Positions 20,477 through 30,177 of a stretch of 38,243 bases of DNA are shown here, piece after piece (positions within the stretch are counted from its first letter, which is position 1; the number at the start of each line of letters is the position of its first letter). Both the position numbers and the translations under genes were made by a program. The DNA is taken from NCBI GenBank assembly GCA_030167865.1, contig JALAGF010005116.1:1-38243 (forward strand). Reading direction: 5' to 3'. Under the pieces are notes generated by a model, which had not been told where the DNA came from, made no database searches, and worked only from the letters and a program-made list of their open reading frames with translations. This stretch comes from Craspedostauros australis. Its lineage: Eukaryota.

Positions 20477-22159
20477 TTACTCTGCTGTTAGCGACGCCTC
20501 TCTCTCTCTCTCTCTCTCTCTCTGGAGAGACCATCTGCCTAACAAGATGCAATCATTTCCCAACTGCACGAAGGATGGATCTGTGAGGGACTGCAGGGAG
20601 AATTGTGGAACGGGCGTCGAAGGAAGCGCTCCGGATCTTCCACGTCGCGACGGTGATGTCAAAGGGATGTCCTCCGCTTTGTTGCCATCATCCGCGTTTG
20701 TGACCGCAACAAAGTGTTTCTCACTACAACCTTCATCGATGCCGTTGGGGTTGGCACCCGGAGCGGTATCTTGCCCCCGTTCCGCGTTGCCAGACTTCTC
20801 ATCCACAGCAAACCAGACCAGTCCATCAGTCTTGAATGCCGGGATGCCATCTTGGTGACCCAGAATCGTAGGCGCAATGGTGACGCACAGACAGTCCACC
20901 AGATTTCGGCTTGGGATGCAGCCGTCGCTGTCCCGTTGATCCATCCTGTTGGATGCACCGGCAAATGCAGTGAGGATGCTCGCCCCGCCCTCGACCATGA
21001 CGCTTCGAATGTTGTGGACTTGGTGCAAGCGTTGAAGAACATCAGCAGGGTCGAGTGATGGCGGTCGTGTTCGTGCCATCTCACTTGGAGCAGTGTTTAG
21101 GTCGGCGCTTTGAGAGGAAAGCGCCACAGCGCATGGAAGGAAGATGATTTGCGACTGCATGGCTGCATGTTTCTCATTGTCGGAAAGGCCCGAAAGGGCC
21201 ATCGCTGAACAACACACGATCATCTGTCGCGGCATTCGTGCCAACTCCATGCCCAGATCTGTCAACGAGGCCTGTGACGGGGTGATGGCTGTTTCTTGAA
21301 AGGATGCACGAGGCTGGAAATCGAGTTGCCGAAGGTACGATAGATGCGTGTCGAGGACGACGGGGATGGGCTGGCGAAACGTGTCTTTCTTGGCTTCCTT
21401 CTGGGGTGATCTCACAACTTGCCCTTCGGAGCATCTGCTATTGTATTGCTCACTGCGACAGCCGCTCCATTCGCTGCTGTAGGCGCCGTCCTTGTCGGCA
21501 ACTTGGTCTGCATCTACATCTGCGTCCGTGTTCGCGTGCACAGTGCTTGTGTCACCCGATATCGATTTCCACAACCGATTGGACAGCCTGGGATTGTCGA
21601 CTGCCAACGTACGGCCACCGACCAAGATAGCGTCGTGGATGGAGCGCAGGCCGTGCGTCAACATCAGCGATTCCGGGCCGCTGATGGGGAGATTTGTGCT
21701 GACGTCGGATGGTGCATGCGGTAAACGCAGCGCAATCTTTCCATCCAGGCTCTGCGCGAATGTCAGGGTGACAAATGGTCGCCGCGGTGTTGGCTTGTGA
21801 GGATCAAAGCCATCTTGCTCTGGCCCTGCGGTGATGGAACCTCCGATCTTCGCTTCCGATTGATGTCCATTCCGATGGGAATGCAGTCCTCCTTGATGAT
21901 GCGAGCGGAGATGCTCATCTTGCCATTCACAGATCTGATCGAGAATGCGCTGTATCTCATCCCTGACGGATGACCCGTCTCCGTAGTCACTGGGAGAATG
22001 CTTGATGCTTGCGGCCGACCCTGCCTCTTCGGAGGACTGACTCGAAGTCGCACCAACGATGGACTTGTTGTCTCCACGCGGATGCGCTTCAACAACAACC
22101 AACGCCACCACCCCAAGCACCAGCAGTGCTCGAACGATGAAAGCGTGGGCGGATCTCAT
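20477..22159 (-). CDS. Stand-alone RibD_C / Rib7-like pyrimidine reductase (riboflavin biosynthesis family, DHFR-like fold) with N-terminal signal peptide
   Basis: Motifs RPFVTLTFAQSLDGKIA, THGLRSIHDAILVGGRTLAVDNPRL, PIPVVLDT, SVMVEGGASIL and LVDCLCVTIAPTILG. No deaminase domain. Start placed at ATG 22159 (MRSAHAFIVRALLVLGVVALVVVEA). Confidence 0.85.
   Translation of the reverse strand: MRSAHAFIVRALLVLGVVALVVVEAHPRGDNKSIVGATSSQSSEEAGSAASIKHSPSDYGDGSSVRDEIQRILDQICEWQDEHLRSHHQGGLHSHRNGHQSEAKIGGSITAGPEQDGFDPHKPTPRRPFVTLTFAQSLDGKIALRLPHAPSDVSTNLPISGPESLMLTHGLRSIHDAILVGGRTLAVDNPRLSNRLWKSISGDTSTVHANTDADVDADQVADKDGAYSSEWSGCRSEQYNSRCSEGQVVRSPQKEAKKDTFRQPIPVVLDTHLSYLRQLDFQPRASFQETAITPSQASLTDLGMELARMPRQMIVCCSAMALSGLSDNEKHAAMQSQIIFLPCAVALSSQSADLNTAPSEMARTRPPSLDPADVLQRLHQVHNIRSVMVEGGASILTAFAGASNRMDQRDSDGCIPSRNLVDCLCVTIAPTILGHQDGIPAFKTDGLVWFAVDEKSGNAERGQDTAPGANPNGIDEGCSEKHFVAVTNADDGNKAEDIPLTSPSRRGRSGALPSTPVPQFSLQSLTDPSFVQLGNDCILLGRWSLQREREREREASLTAE
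20498..20523. repeat. (CT)13 microsatellite inside the last codons of the reductase
   Basis: Encodes the REREREREA tail on the minus strand. Confidence 0.95.
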
Positions 22160-22739
22160 CGTGTGCTGAACTTGAGACGAATAGTGCCATTGCAGTTCGT
22201 CCCTTGCTTTGCTCTTGAGTTGATGATGTTGTGATGGTAGAGCATGCGTTGTTGCTGGTGCTGATGCCGATGTTGTCGGTGGTTCGGGAAGTTGTTGCCT
22301 GTTTGTTGGTTCATTCTTCCATCCACCCTCATGGATGCGTTGTGTCACGAACAGCGAAAGATACTTTTTGACTACCAGAGTAGACAGGCTAGTAAGAGTA
22401 AGTCTAGATACTGAAAGGGCTATGAGAACTACTACTCTGCGAGTTACGCTGTACCCACCATGCAATCCTCTGCTTCCATTCGGCTGCAGCAATACCATCT
22501 ACTTTGACATGCCTCTGTGACTCCATCAGTGTCGTCGTCTCACAAGCTTCTGTCATACGATAGTCTAACACAACAGCGAATGGTGCTTCATTTGAACTCT
22601 ACTTCCCTCCAGAGAGAGAGGCAAAGAGATCGGGCCGTTGCTTGGGATGTCGGGGTACGGATGGCGGAAGAAAGCTGTCACCAACAAAGCCCACCGCGTG
22701 ACTAGAATAGAACAGAACATATATGACAGCGCACATCGT

Positions 22740-24443
22740 CTACTCCTTGGCATCCTTCCCAACAATGTCAAACCCCAGCGCGATGCGCACCCCCAGCTCC
22801 ACGATGCGTGCAGCCACCATGACGTTCAAGGAATTCCCCAGCAGCTTCCATTGCTGTTTTGGTGTGATGGAGGCTGGAAACGCGAATCGATCCATGGGAA
22901 ATCCCATCAACCGTCCCATCTCTTTGCCTGAAAAGTAACGCAGCTTTGTGACATCGACCTGCTTGGTCCAGTCCTTGTCGAAGCTCCTTTCCTCCGGCGA
23001 TACCAACTTGAACGTTCTTGTGCTGTCGTCCATTGCCTGTTCATCGCTGTCCATTCCGGAACCTCTCGTCTCGTACAGGATGCTGCCCGTGCCTTTGTTG
23101 TACTTGCCGTACGCAGACGTGAAGCATGCGCTCCGTCTATTCAGAGGTGTGACGATATCAAAGCACCAGGCGGAGTTGGAGTTTAGTACCTTTTCCGGAA
23201 TGCGAAGGTGACGCCAGCTGGATGCGTCGCCTTCTGGATCCAGAAACGACGAGATAGAGGGAAGAGCATCGCTCTCGGATGCGGGTTGCGGATTTCCGAC
23301 GTCGCCAACGCCGGTGATGTTCTCGGCCACGCCAAGTGGACCGATGCTCGTTTGAATCCGCCTCGGGGCCTGCAATGAAGACGCCGTCTCCGAGTCTGTG
23401 GATATTCTGCCGTGGACCAAAAAGCGGCTCAAATCATGGGCGGGTGTGACATCGTTGCAACTACCATGAGCATCTCTGACGCTGCCACCGCCATCTTTGA
23501 CCGCCTCATCGCAGGCCGGTGGCTGCTGGACGCCAACGCAAAAGTATCGCGGTCGGTCATTGGGGATACCGACCTGGGCAGGAGTCAGGTGGAAGTGACC
23601 GATGCGAAAGTTCCGGCCATGCAAGACTTCGCACCATCTGTCGCAGCTTTTGGATGATTCGAACCCAATCACGTTCTCCAAAACGATCACGCGCGGCAGC
23701 GATTCTTCCGTCATCTCCTGCAGCAAATCGCAGAGATGCAAGAAGCTCTTGGAACGCGGATCGCTGAGATCTTCGCTTTGGTTGCTGTGCTGGCGCGTGT
23801 GGGGCTGGCATGGAGGGCTCATCGCCCAAAGCGTCGCTGACCACGTCTCGACCTGCTTCAATGATAGCCTGCTTATATCGTGCGCCCGCTTGTCCGAACC
23901 GAAGTTGTGCTCAAACACTGATGTGCACAAGTCGGAATGATCCAAGGCGCCCAGCCGCTGGAGGTTGATCTTTCGCGTGCCGTTCGTCGACATGATCCTG
24001 GACACGGCCTCCTCCAAGGCCAGCGTCCAGCCGCCGATTCCGGAGTAGAACTCGACGTACGACAGCGTCATGTCTGTGTCACTGTTGTTGTTGTCCTCGC
24101 CATGCAGCGATTTGCGTTTTCTGTTCTGCCCTTCTGCCTCATCCATCGTGGACATGGATAGTTTCGTTGGCGCGCGGACGTCGGCACCCGACTCAGAATC
24201 CACCGGTCGGTTCCTTCTTGCGATTGGCAGTGTCGAAATCGGATCGCGAGGATCAAAGCAAGGGTGGTGCCACCTGGGAAGGGACTGGCGCTGTTGGATA
24301 GCCTCCGATGGCCGAAACTTCGAGCCGAACGCAAGCGTCGAAGCAGTGTTCCAGAGTAAGAAGAGTATTGTCAACAGCACCAGCCGTGATGGAAGCAATG
24401 CAAGCGACAAAGAACAAGATGATGATGATGATGATGATTGCAT
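22740..24443 (-). CDS. DNMT2: DNMT2/TRDMT1-family cytosine-5 methyltransferase (tRNA-Asp C38) with an N-terminal extension
   Basis: Motif I EFYSGIGG, IV MSPPCQPHTR, VI LENVIGF, VIII PNDRPRYF, DNMT2-specific CFTSAYG, IX LRYFSGKEMGRLMGFP and X LLGNSLNV. Alternative internal starts at 24155 and 24146. Confidence 0.93.
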   Translation of the reverse strand: MQSSSSSSSCSLSLALLPSRLVLLTILFLLWNTASTLAFGSKFRPSEAIQQRQSLPRWHHPCFDPRDPISTLPIARRNRPVDSESGADVRAPTKLSMSTMDEAEGQNRKRKSLHGEDNNNSDTDMTLSYVEFYSGIGGWTLALEEAVSRIMSTNGTRKINLQRLGALDHSDLCTSVFEHNFGSDKRAHDISRLSLKQVETWSATLWAMSPPCQPHTRQHSNQSEDLSDPRSKSFLHLCDLLQEMTEESLPRVIVLENVIGFESSKSCDRWCEVLHGRNFRIGHFHLTPAQVGIPNDRPRYFCVGVQQPPACDEAVKDGGGSVRDAHGSCNDVTPAHDLSRFLVHGRISTDSETASSLQAPRRIQTSIGPLGVAENITGVGDVGNPQPASESDALPSISSFLDPEGDASSWRHLRIPEKVLNSNSAWCFDIVTPLNRRSACFTSAYGKYNKGTGSILYETRGSGMDSDEQAMDDSTRTFKLVSPEERSFDKDWTKQVDVTKLRYFSGKEMGRLMGFPMDRFAFPASITPKQQWKLLGNSLNVMVAARIVELGVRIALGFDIVGKDAKE

Positions 24444-24983
24444 CGGTGGAGAGAGGTCTGTGTCTGTTTGTGGTACATGTGTGCCTTGCGTTGCGATGGA
24501 TGATCACGTTGACGAAGAGGGTGATGTCAGGGGGGAACAGATGCGTGGTTGATGTCTCGATGCACGTATTTCTTTTGTTGGTTTGTGAACGATCTCGCCC
24601 GGATTCCCATTTTGCTGGCCAAGACAGCGATCGACTCATCCGAACATAACAAGATACTATTTCGTCGTACCACCACCAATCAAAAGCGAGATATCAGACG
24701 CATGCCAGACTGAATCTCATCCATTTACGTCCCGTTGATGCCGGAACCAATCAACGACCAAACAGAACCAAACAAATCACACGATGTCCATGGTGGAGGT
24801 TGGAGGTCGCCTGGTGCGGCAAGAACGGTGTTGACCCACCACCGATAGAGACCGAGTGATCTATCCTGCAAGGCGCACTTCCATAAGTGCATCACGGAGA
24901 CAGCGACGGCATCGTCAATAGCAACTACGTCTACTCAACAGCAATCTGCTCACTCTGAAGATGGATGATCTCTGACTGGCACG
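24444..24983. promoter_or_regulatory. Short divergent intergenic region between DNMT2 and AlkB
   Basis: 540 bp between the two outermost ATGs. Confidence 0.55.
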
Positions 24984-26780
24984 ATGAGACGACACTACCA
25001 TATTCGTAGGAACGGCGATGCATTCACAGGACGAACGGTGGTAGTGCCATGGGCATCACGAGCGCAGGTTTCAATGCGAGTACTGGCAGGCCTTGGGATG
25101 GTTCTACTGATGCTTGCGCGGACTACTGTTGAAGGCTTTTCGGCAAGGGCATCAGGCATCGACAAATCGAAGTCGACGTCGAAGTCGAAATCCAGACCCA
25201 AGCCAGCACCGCACGCAACTTCCTCAACGCCAAGCAACGGAGCAGCAACGGTGAAGGGACTGCAGAAATGCTACACCGCAAAAGATATACTCGAGAAAGT
25301 CGGATCGCAGCTAGATCATCAGAATGATCCACACGGCACCATGGCCAGCCTGGTTCTTGTCCGCCTCGCGAAGGTGTTGGTCAATGCGCAGAACCGCGGC
25401 GAGGACATCCGGCTGGATGACAAGCGACAACGGCAGGGCTTGAGCCAAGTTGTGTCAACTCTCGTCGATGCCGATTGGAACCGTTCGTCCGATATGGTCG
25501 AAGTCGCGGTGGAGGGAACGAAGTCACTGTCGTTGGTCGTACGGATGACGGGGCAGGGCATTCACGAATCCAACATGGTCATTCAGCGATGGAACGAATT
25601 CGCTGTTGCTGAGACAGAAAGGATCAACGAAAGTGATGGTGCAATTCATGACGAGAACCCGACGGTTGCCTCGGTGTTGCAGGATCACCATCTGTCGGGA
25701 TTGGTTTGGTCGTTTGGCAATTTTGAGTTGGTGCTGGACAGCACAGAGACTGTCACGAGTAGGACTGCGCCTACAACGTCGAAGTCATTGCCATCGCTGT
25801 CGCCATTGGCATCGCGACTACAGACACCAATATCGACGCTCCCGCGCTCTCTTCCAGAATCAATAAAAGATCAATACGAAGAAGCTCGCATTCCATTTCG
25901 GATCATTCCAGGCGCATTTTCAGATCTAGCAGATCTTGCCATTGACAGTCTCATGGACCAGGTGGAGTTTCAGGTGGACTCCATCCGCACCACGTCAAAC
26001 CAAGTGGTCCGCGAAAGACGTCAGACAGCATGGCAAGGCGATGACAATGTGAATGACTTTGCCTATTCTGGAAAGTCCATGCCACGGCGCCCATGGTCAC
26101 CAACTGTTAGGTGCGTTCGTGATCAGCTATACGATATGCGTGGCCATTTCTACGATGGTTGTTTGCTCAACCTGTACCCTGATGGCGGGTCTGGGATGCG
26201 CTACCACATCGATCCTGATCAAGGAGTGCTCTGGGATTTCCAAACCGCGGTTGTCAGCATTGGCGCAGCCAGGCGATTTGCATTCCGCGAGATCCCGCCG
26301 ACGTTGCCTCTTCAGCGACAGCAACAGCACCATCAACAGCCTCGTCAAGAAGCGGGGCGGCAGTTTCCAGAGGGCGGACAAGCAGCATCGCGCAAGCCGT
26401 CAATCACAGAAACACAGAGAAAACTAAGGCGTGGCGCTTCTCGACGCAAAACCGATGGCAAAAAGAGAGCGGGCAGTGGTGGTGAGCGCGATGATGGGCG
26501 TGGTGTTGGAACCACGAACGTACCCTCAATCCCAAACGGCGACAGCAACAACGACAACAACAACAACAGGAACAACAACGACAGGAGGCAGCCACACAAC
26601 TTCGTGGTCATGCACGGCGATGTCTGTGAGATGGTCGAGGACTGTCAGATGAGATTTCAGCACACGGTGAAAACGGCAGACGACAAGAACGAGTCGGCAC
26701 CAAGGGTGAGCTTGGTCTTCAAGCGCACATGGCAACAGGCAAGTAGGACCACTTCGCCGGATGGAATCAAGGATTCATAG
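24984..26780 (+). CDS. AlkB-family 2OG-Fe(II) dioxygenase (ALKBH2/3-like core), probably plastid-targeted; true start may be ATG 25074
   Basis: RRQTAWQGD..FAYSG, CLLNLYPDGGSGMRYHID (HxD), VVSIGAARRFAFR, HGD..EM..DCQ..FQHTV (distal H) and PRVSLVFK. Leader MRVLAGLGMVLLMLARTTVEG-FSAR. Confidence 0.9.
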   Translation: MRRHYHIRRNGDAFTGRTVVVPWASRAQVSMRVLAGLGMVLLMLARTTVEGFSARASGIDKSKSTSKSKSRPKPAPHATSSTPSNGAATVKGLQKCYTAKDILEKVGSQLDHQNDPHGTMASLVLVRLAKVLVNAQNRGEDIRLDDKRQRQGLSQVVSTLVDADWNRSSDMVEVAVEGTKSLSLVVRMTGQGIHESNMVIQRWNEFAVAETERINESDGAIHDENPTVASVLQDHHLSGLVWSFGNFELVLDSTETVTSRTAPTTSKSLPSLSPLASRLQTPISTLPRSLPESIKDQYEEARIPFRIIPGAFSDLADLAIDSLMDQVEFQVDSIRTTSNQVVRERRQTAWQGDDNVNDFAYSGKSMPRRPWSPTVRCVRDQLYDMRGHFYDGCLLNLYPDGGSGMRYHIDPDQGVLWDFQTAVVSIGAARRFAFREIPPTLPLQRQQQHHQQPRQEAGRQFPEGGQAASRKPSITETQRKLRRGASRRKTDGKKRAGSGGERDDGRGVGTTNVPSIPNGDSNNDNNNNRNNNDRRQPHNFVVMHGDVCEMVEDCQMRFQHTVKTADDKNESAPRVSLVFKRTWQQASRTTSPDGIKDS

Positions 26781-27088
26781 AGTACGCGTACGTTGATCAG
26801 ATGTCTCGCGAGGAAAATGGAGCTCTGCGTACATGACTCATGAACATAATCACTCCATGCCATTAGTGTACAGCGTATTGAGTACTCCACCATGATTGGA
26901 CTACTTCTGCTCCACAGTACTCACACAGAGCATACAATGGAGCTCTTACGAGTAATAAAGTTGAGATACTATTCTAGTATATTTATTAGATTTGAGTACT
27001 CTCTGTACTGAATCCTTCGTTTGTTCATTGCTCATTCGTCTGGTCTGTTTGGTTGCGTCCGTGCTTTTTTTTGCCGGACCGTCATGGT

Positions 27089-29329
27089 TCAGTTCAGACG
27101 AACGCGGTACGTGTTGTCCGCCTCTGCTCGGCAAAGGGGACAACGCTTGTGCTTCATCATCGTGCGTGTACTGCAGGCAGTGCAAACGCACAGATGTCCA
27201 CAGGGTATCATGATGTGAGTCGCCCGCCGTTCGTGACACACGGCGCACGTGCCAAAGGTCGAAGAAGCAGTATCATCGGCACTGTGTCCCGACATCCGGT
27301 GCTTTTCGCGGCTTGGCAGAACCAATCGACTTGCATTGCTGGAAGACCAACCACCAGTACCACTGGCACTCGCACTCGGACTGGCACTGCCGCTGCGGCC
27401 CTTCCGCAGTCGTTGATTGTGACTCTCACGTTGCTCGATGATGGCAGAGTGCTTCGTGTGGTGCTCCCTCAGGGCTCTGTTGATGTTGGTGAGAGCTTCT
27501 TCGATGGTGTCGTCGCTCCACGATTTGTTCCTGCCGTCGTCTTCATGATCGTCGTACGAGTAGCCGAAACGCTGTGCTGATGACCAGGACTGCTTGTGGC
27601 TTGGTGATACGTTGCGACGCATCTTGTTCTCCACGATAGGCGTCGGAGCTATGCCCAATGCATGTGGGGAAAGAGCGCTGCGCGAGGAGGCTGTTGAGGA
27701 TGTTGGTGTTAATGCGGATGATGCCGATGACAACGACGAAGATGAGGACGGTAGATCGTCGGATTCGCTGCTTGACCAGCTTCGCTCTGAATGGGATTCC
27801 GTTAGCGACGATTGCGTTTTCACCATCAGATTGAGCTTGGTCTTCCTGGACAAATGCACATTCGATCGTATCCAGGGCGCAGGTGCGGAAGAGTTTGCGG
27901 TTGGCAGACTATGCGAGGATGCGCAGCGATAGACGGGCGATTGTGCGGTGGACGCCGACGATGATGACACTGACGAGGGTCGCAACGAAATGTGCGACGC
28001 CGATACGGAGGACTGCGGCTGTGCCAAGGATGAGGACGACAACGATGACGAGGCAGCAGAAGGCTCGGCCGTTGTTGCAGCTGATTGATCGAGCGTCATC
28101 TCGCTTATTCCTGATGCCTCGCCTCCTCCGGAATTCTCATCTCCGTTGGATCGCATTGCCGGTTTGGTCGAAACGGTGGATGGGACAGTCTTCGGCATAT
28201 GCGCCGTTGCTTGGTCAACCTCAACGTGAAGCTTCTGCTCGTCCTTCATGCCATCCAGGACCTCCATGAACATTTCGTCGGCCTCGGGGCTGTCGGCATT
28301 TTGGAAATGCCATTCCTCCACGACGGCGACATCCTCCTCCCAGTTGGGGTACGTTAGTTTGATGCTGTCGAGCTCCACCAACCGCCAGTGCGACCGGTCA
28401 CCCTCGTGAACGCGTTGCCTCTCCTGCATACAGTGGAAGGCGTTGGGAAAGAGCAACGCCGGCTGCTCACAATGCGCATGGATGACCGCCTGATAGTCCT
28501 TGTCCCATCCAGGATACGTGAGCTGCAGCTGGTCAAGACTGCGGATGCAGTGATGTGAGCGATCACCTTTGAGCAGCTGATCCTTATTGCGCAGACCATC
28601 AAGCATGTCCAAGAACCTCTCTTCGTTCTCCGTGCTCGGCTTGTTCTTCACATTCCATTTTTCCAGCCGTTCCACGTCGTCCTGGTGCGATGGATACGTG
28701 AGGTTCAGCTCTGCAAGTGCCTTGAGTCTGTTATACGCAAGGAGATCATCGTGCACGCGTTGCTTTTCTGCCACATGGGCAAACTTCTTCTCGAACTGGC
28801 TCATCGCGCCGTTTTCATACAGCTCCTCGGCTGCGTCAACATCAACCTGCCACCCTTCGTACGTCCATTCGGTTTCGTAGATCTTTTCCAAGCTTGCGTT
28901 GTTGACGCTGGACCCTTCGCCTGCTCTCGTCCCACCGGATGCAGCATGAGGACCAACGGAGGCTTCGTCTCTCGTGTCCAATACATTGACAGCATCCATC
29001 TTGGCGCTCAATTCGACTTCGATGTCATGAAGGTGCCCGTCCACAACCTCGATGGTGGCTCTGCCATGCTTGTCGTCCGTCGGGTGCCGATTGTCATCAT
29101 CGCCACGCCGATCCTCAACCTGCGTCCGCCGTTCAATGCCGTATTCATGACGGCGTTCTCGAATCGCAACAGAGGATGCGTGCCGATGGTTTCCCAACTT
29201 GGGCGTTACGTTGCTGAGAGTTGTTGGCAGCGACAGGACCGAGTCGTGGGGCGTGGAATCTGCAGCTTCGTACGTCCACGACATCGTCATCGAATGGCTC
29301 TCGCTCAGGGATGGATCTACGCTTCTCAT
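27089..29329 (-). CDS. C-terminal C3HC4 RING finger protein (putative E3 ligase) with four internal ~57-aa repeats
   Basis: CAVC...IPCGHLCVCTAC...CPLCR at the extreme C-terminus. Start placed at ATG 29329 because the upstream part of the frame runs through a microsatellite. Confidence 0.88.
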   Translation of the reverse strand: MRSVDPSLSESHSMTMSWTYEAADSTPHDSVLSLPTTLSNVTPKLGNHRHASSVAIRERRHEYGIERRTQVEDRRGDDDNRHPTDDKHGRATIEVVDGHLHDIEVELSAKMDAVNVLDTRDEASVGPHAASGGTRAGEGSSVNNASLEKIYETEWTYEGWQVDVDAAEELYENGAMSQFEKKFAHVAEKQRVHDDLLAYNRLKALAELNLTYPSHQDDVERLEKWNVKNKPSTENEERFLDMLDGLRNKDQLLKGDRSHHCIRSLDQLQLTYPGWDKDYQAVIHAHCEQPALLFPNAFHCMQERQRVHEGDRSHWRLVELDSIKLTYPNWEEDVAVVEEWHFQNADSPEADEMFMEVLDGMKDEQKLHVEVDQATAHMPKTVPSTVSTKPAMRSNGDENSGGGEASGISEMTLDQSAATTAEPSAASSSLSSSSLAQPQSSVSASHISLRPSSVSSSSASTAQSPVYRCASSHSLPTANSSAPAPWIRSNVHLSRKTKLNLMVKTQSSLTESHSERSWSSSESDDLPSSSSSLSSASSALTPTSSTASSRSALSPHALGIAPTPIVENKMRRNVSPSHKQSWSSAQRFGYSYDDHEDDGRNKSWSDDTIEEALTNINRALREHHTKHSAIIEQRESHNQRLRKGRSGSASPSASASGTGGWSSSNASRLVLPSREKHRMSGHSADDTASSTFGTCAVCHERRATHIMIPCGHLCVCTACSTRTMMKHKRCPLCRAEADNTYRVRLN

Positions 29330-29409
29330 CGTCACGGTCCCCGCGCACGTTCCTTCCGAATCTACTTCACGTGTCGATGGTGGCTGATGTTGGTTCTTTT
29401 CTGTTACTT

Positions 29410-29467
29410 GAATGGATGGATGGATGAATGGGTGAATGGGTGAATGGGTGAATGGATGGATGGATGA
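29410..29467. repeat. (TGGA/TGAA/TGGG)n microsatellite
   Basis: gaatggatggatggatgaatgggtgaatgggtgaatgggtgaatggatggatggatga. Confidence 0.9.
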
Positions 29468-30177
29468 AAGGAGTACTGACGGTGTAGCAGTCGGTGTTGC
29501 TACTCTTCCAGCTTCTGTGCTCTGGCAGTTGATCGACCAGTTGATGGATTGGTGGATTGGTGTGGCCTGGAATGTTGTTTTCGACACTTTTGTGCGGTGC
29601 GTGTTGGGTGTTGGGTGTTGCGCGTTGTGTGTCTGGACAAAGAGATGTGAGGCGTTAGCGATGATCGCAAGTTCGGTGGGCTTGGACTGGATTTGTCTCA
29701 TGCGACAAGGTTGGCGATCCCGGACTAGTGGGTTCGTGAAGTACTCTACAATGAAGATGCGACACTCCGAAGTCATTTTTGCGACATTCGTTGCGATTCT
29801 CGATCAGTCCGGCAAAGTAGGTGTCACGAATGGAGCAATCCAAACTCTTCACGAACAAACAAGAACAGATGCGCTCAATCCATTCGAGCCGAATCAACCA
29901 CAAGAACGGCAATTGCGATAGTGTTGGTAATAATCAATCTACCGGTACTTCCAATCAACTTTTGTGTTTGTGGATGGTGTTTGTGATGATCTGTACTCAC
30001 AAACAAAGCAAGAGATCGCAGAGACAAAGAAGAGATTGAGCACTTGTACGAACGACTAAGTACTCGAATGCACCCCAGTGCGCTGCTTGTTGGAGAACGG
30101 CCCTGGGAGGACATCAAAGAGCGAAGAGCGAAGAGCAAAGATCACAGAGCCATCAGCAGCATTGCCAAGAAGACCGG

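Noticed and set aside
22160-22498. Upstream extension of the reductase ORF
   Set aside because: It reads like UTR/intergenic sequence and would bury the clean signal peptide at 22159. Not strictly excluded.
22740-24443. Prokaryotic restriction-modification or defence methyltransferase
   Set aside because: The CFT motif and PPCQPHTR identify DNMT2, no nuclease is nearby, and the context is eukaryotic.
29330-29776. Upstream extension of the RING ORF
   Set aside because: It runs through a (TGGA)n microsatellite and the divergent promoter region; likely UTR, although in-frame ATGs exist.
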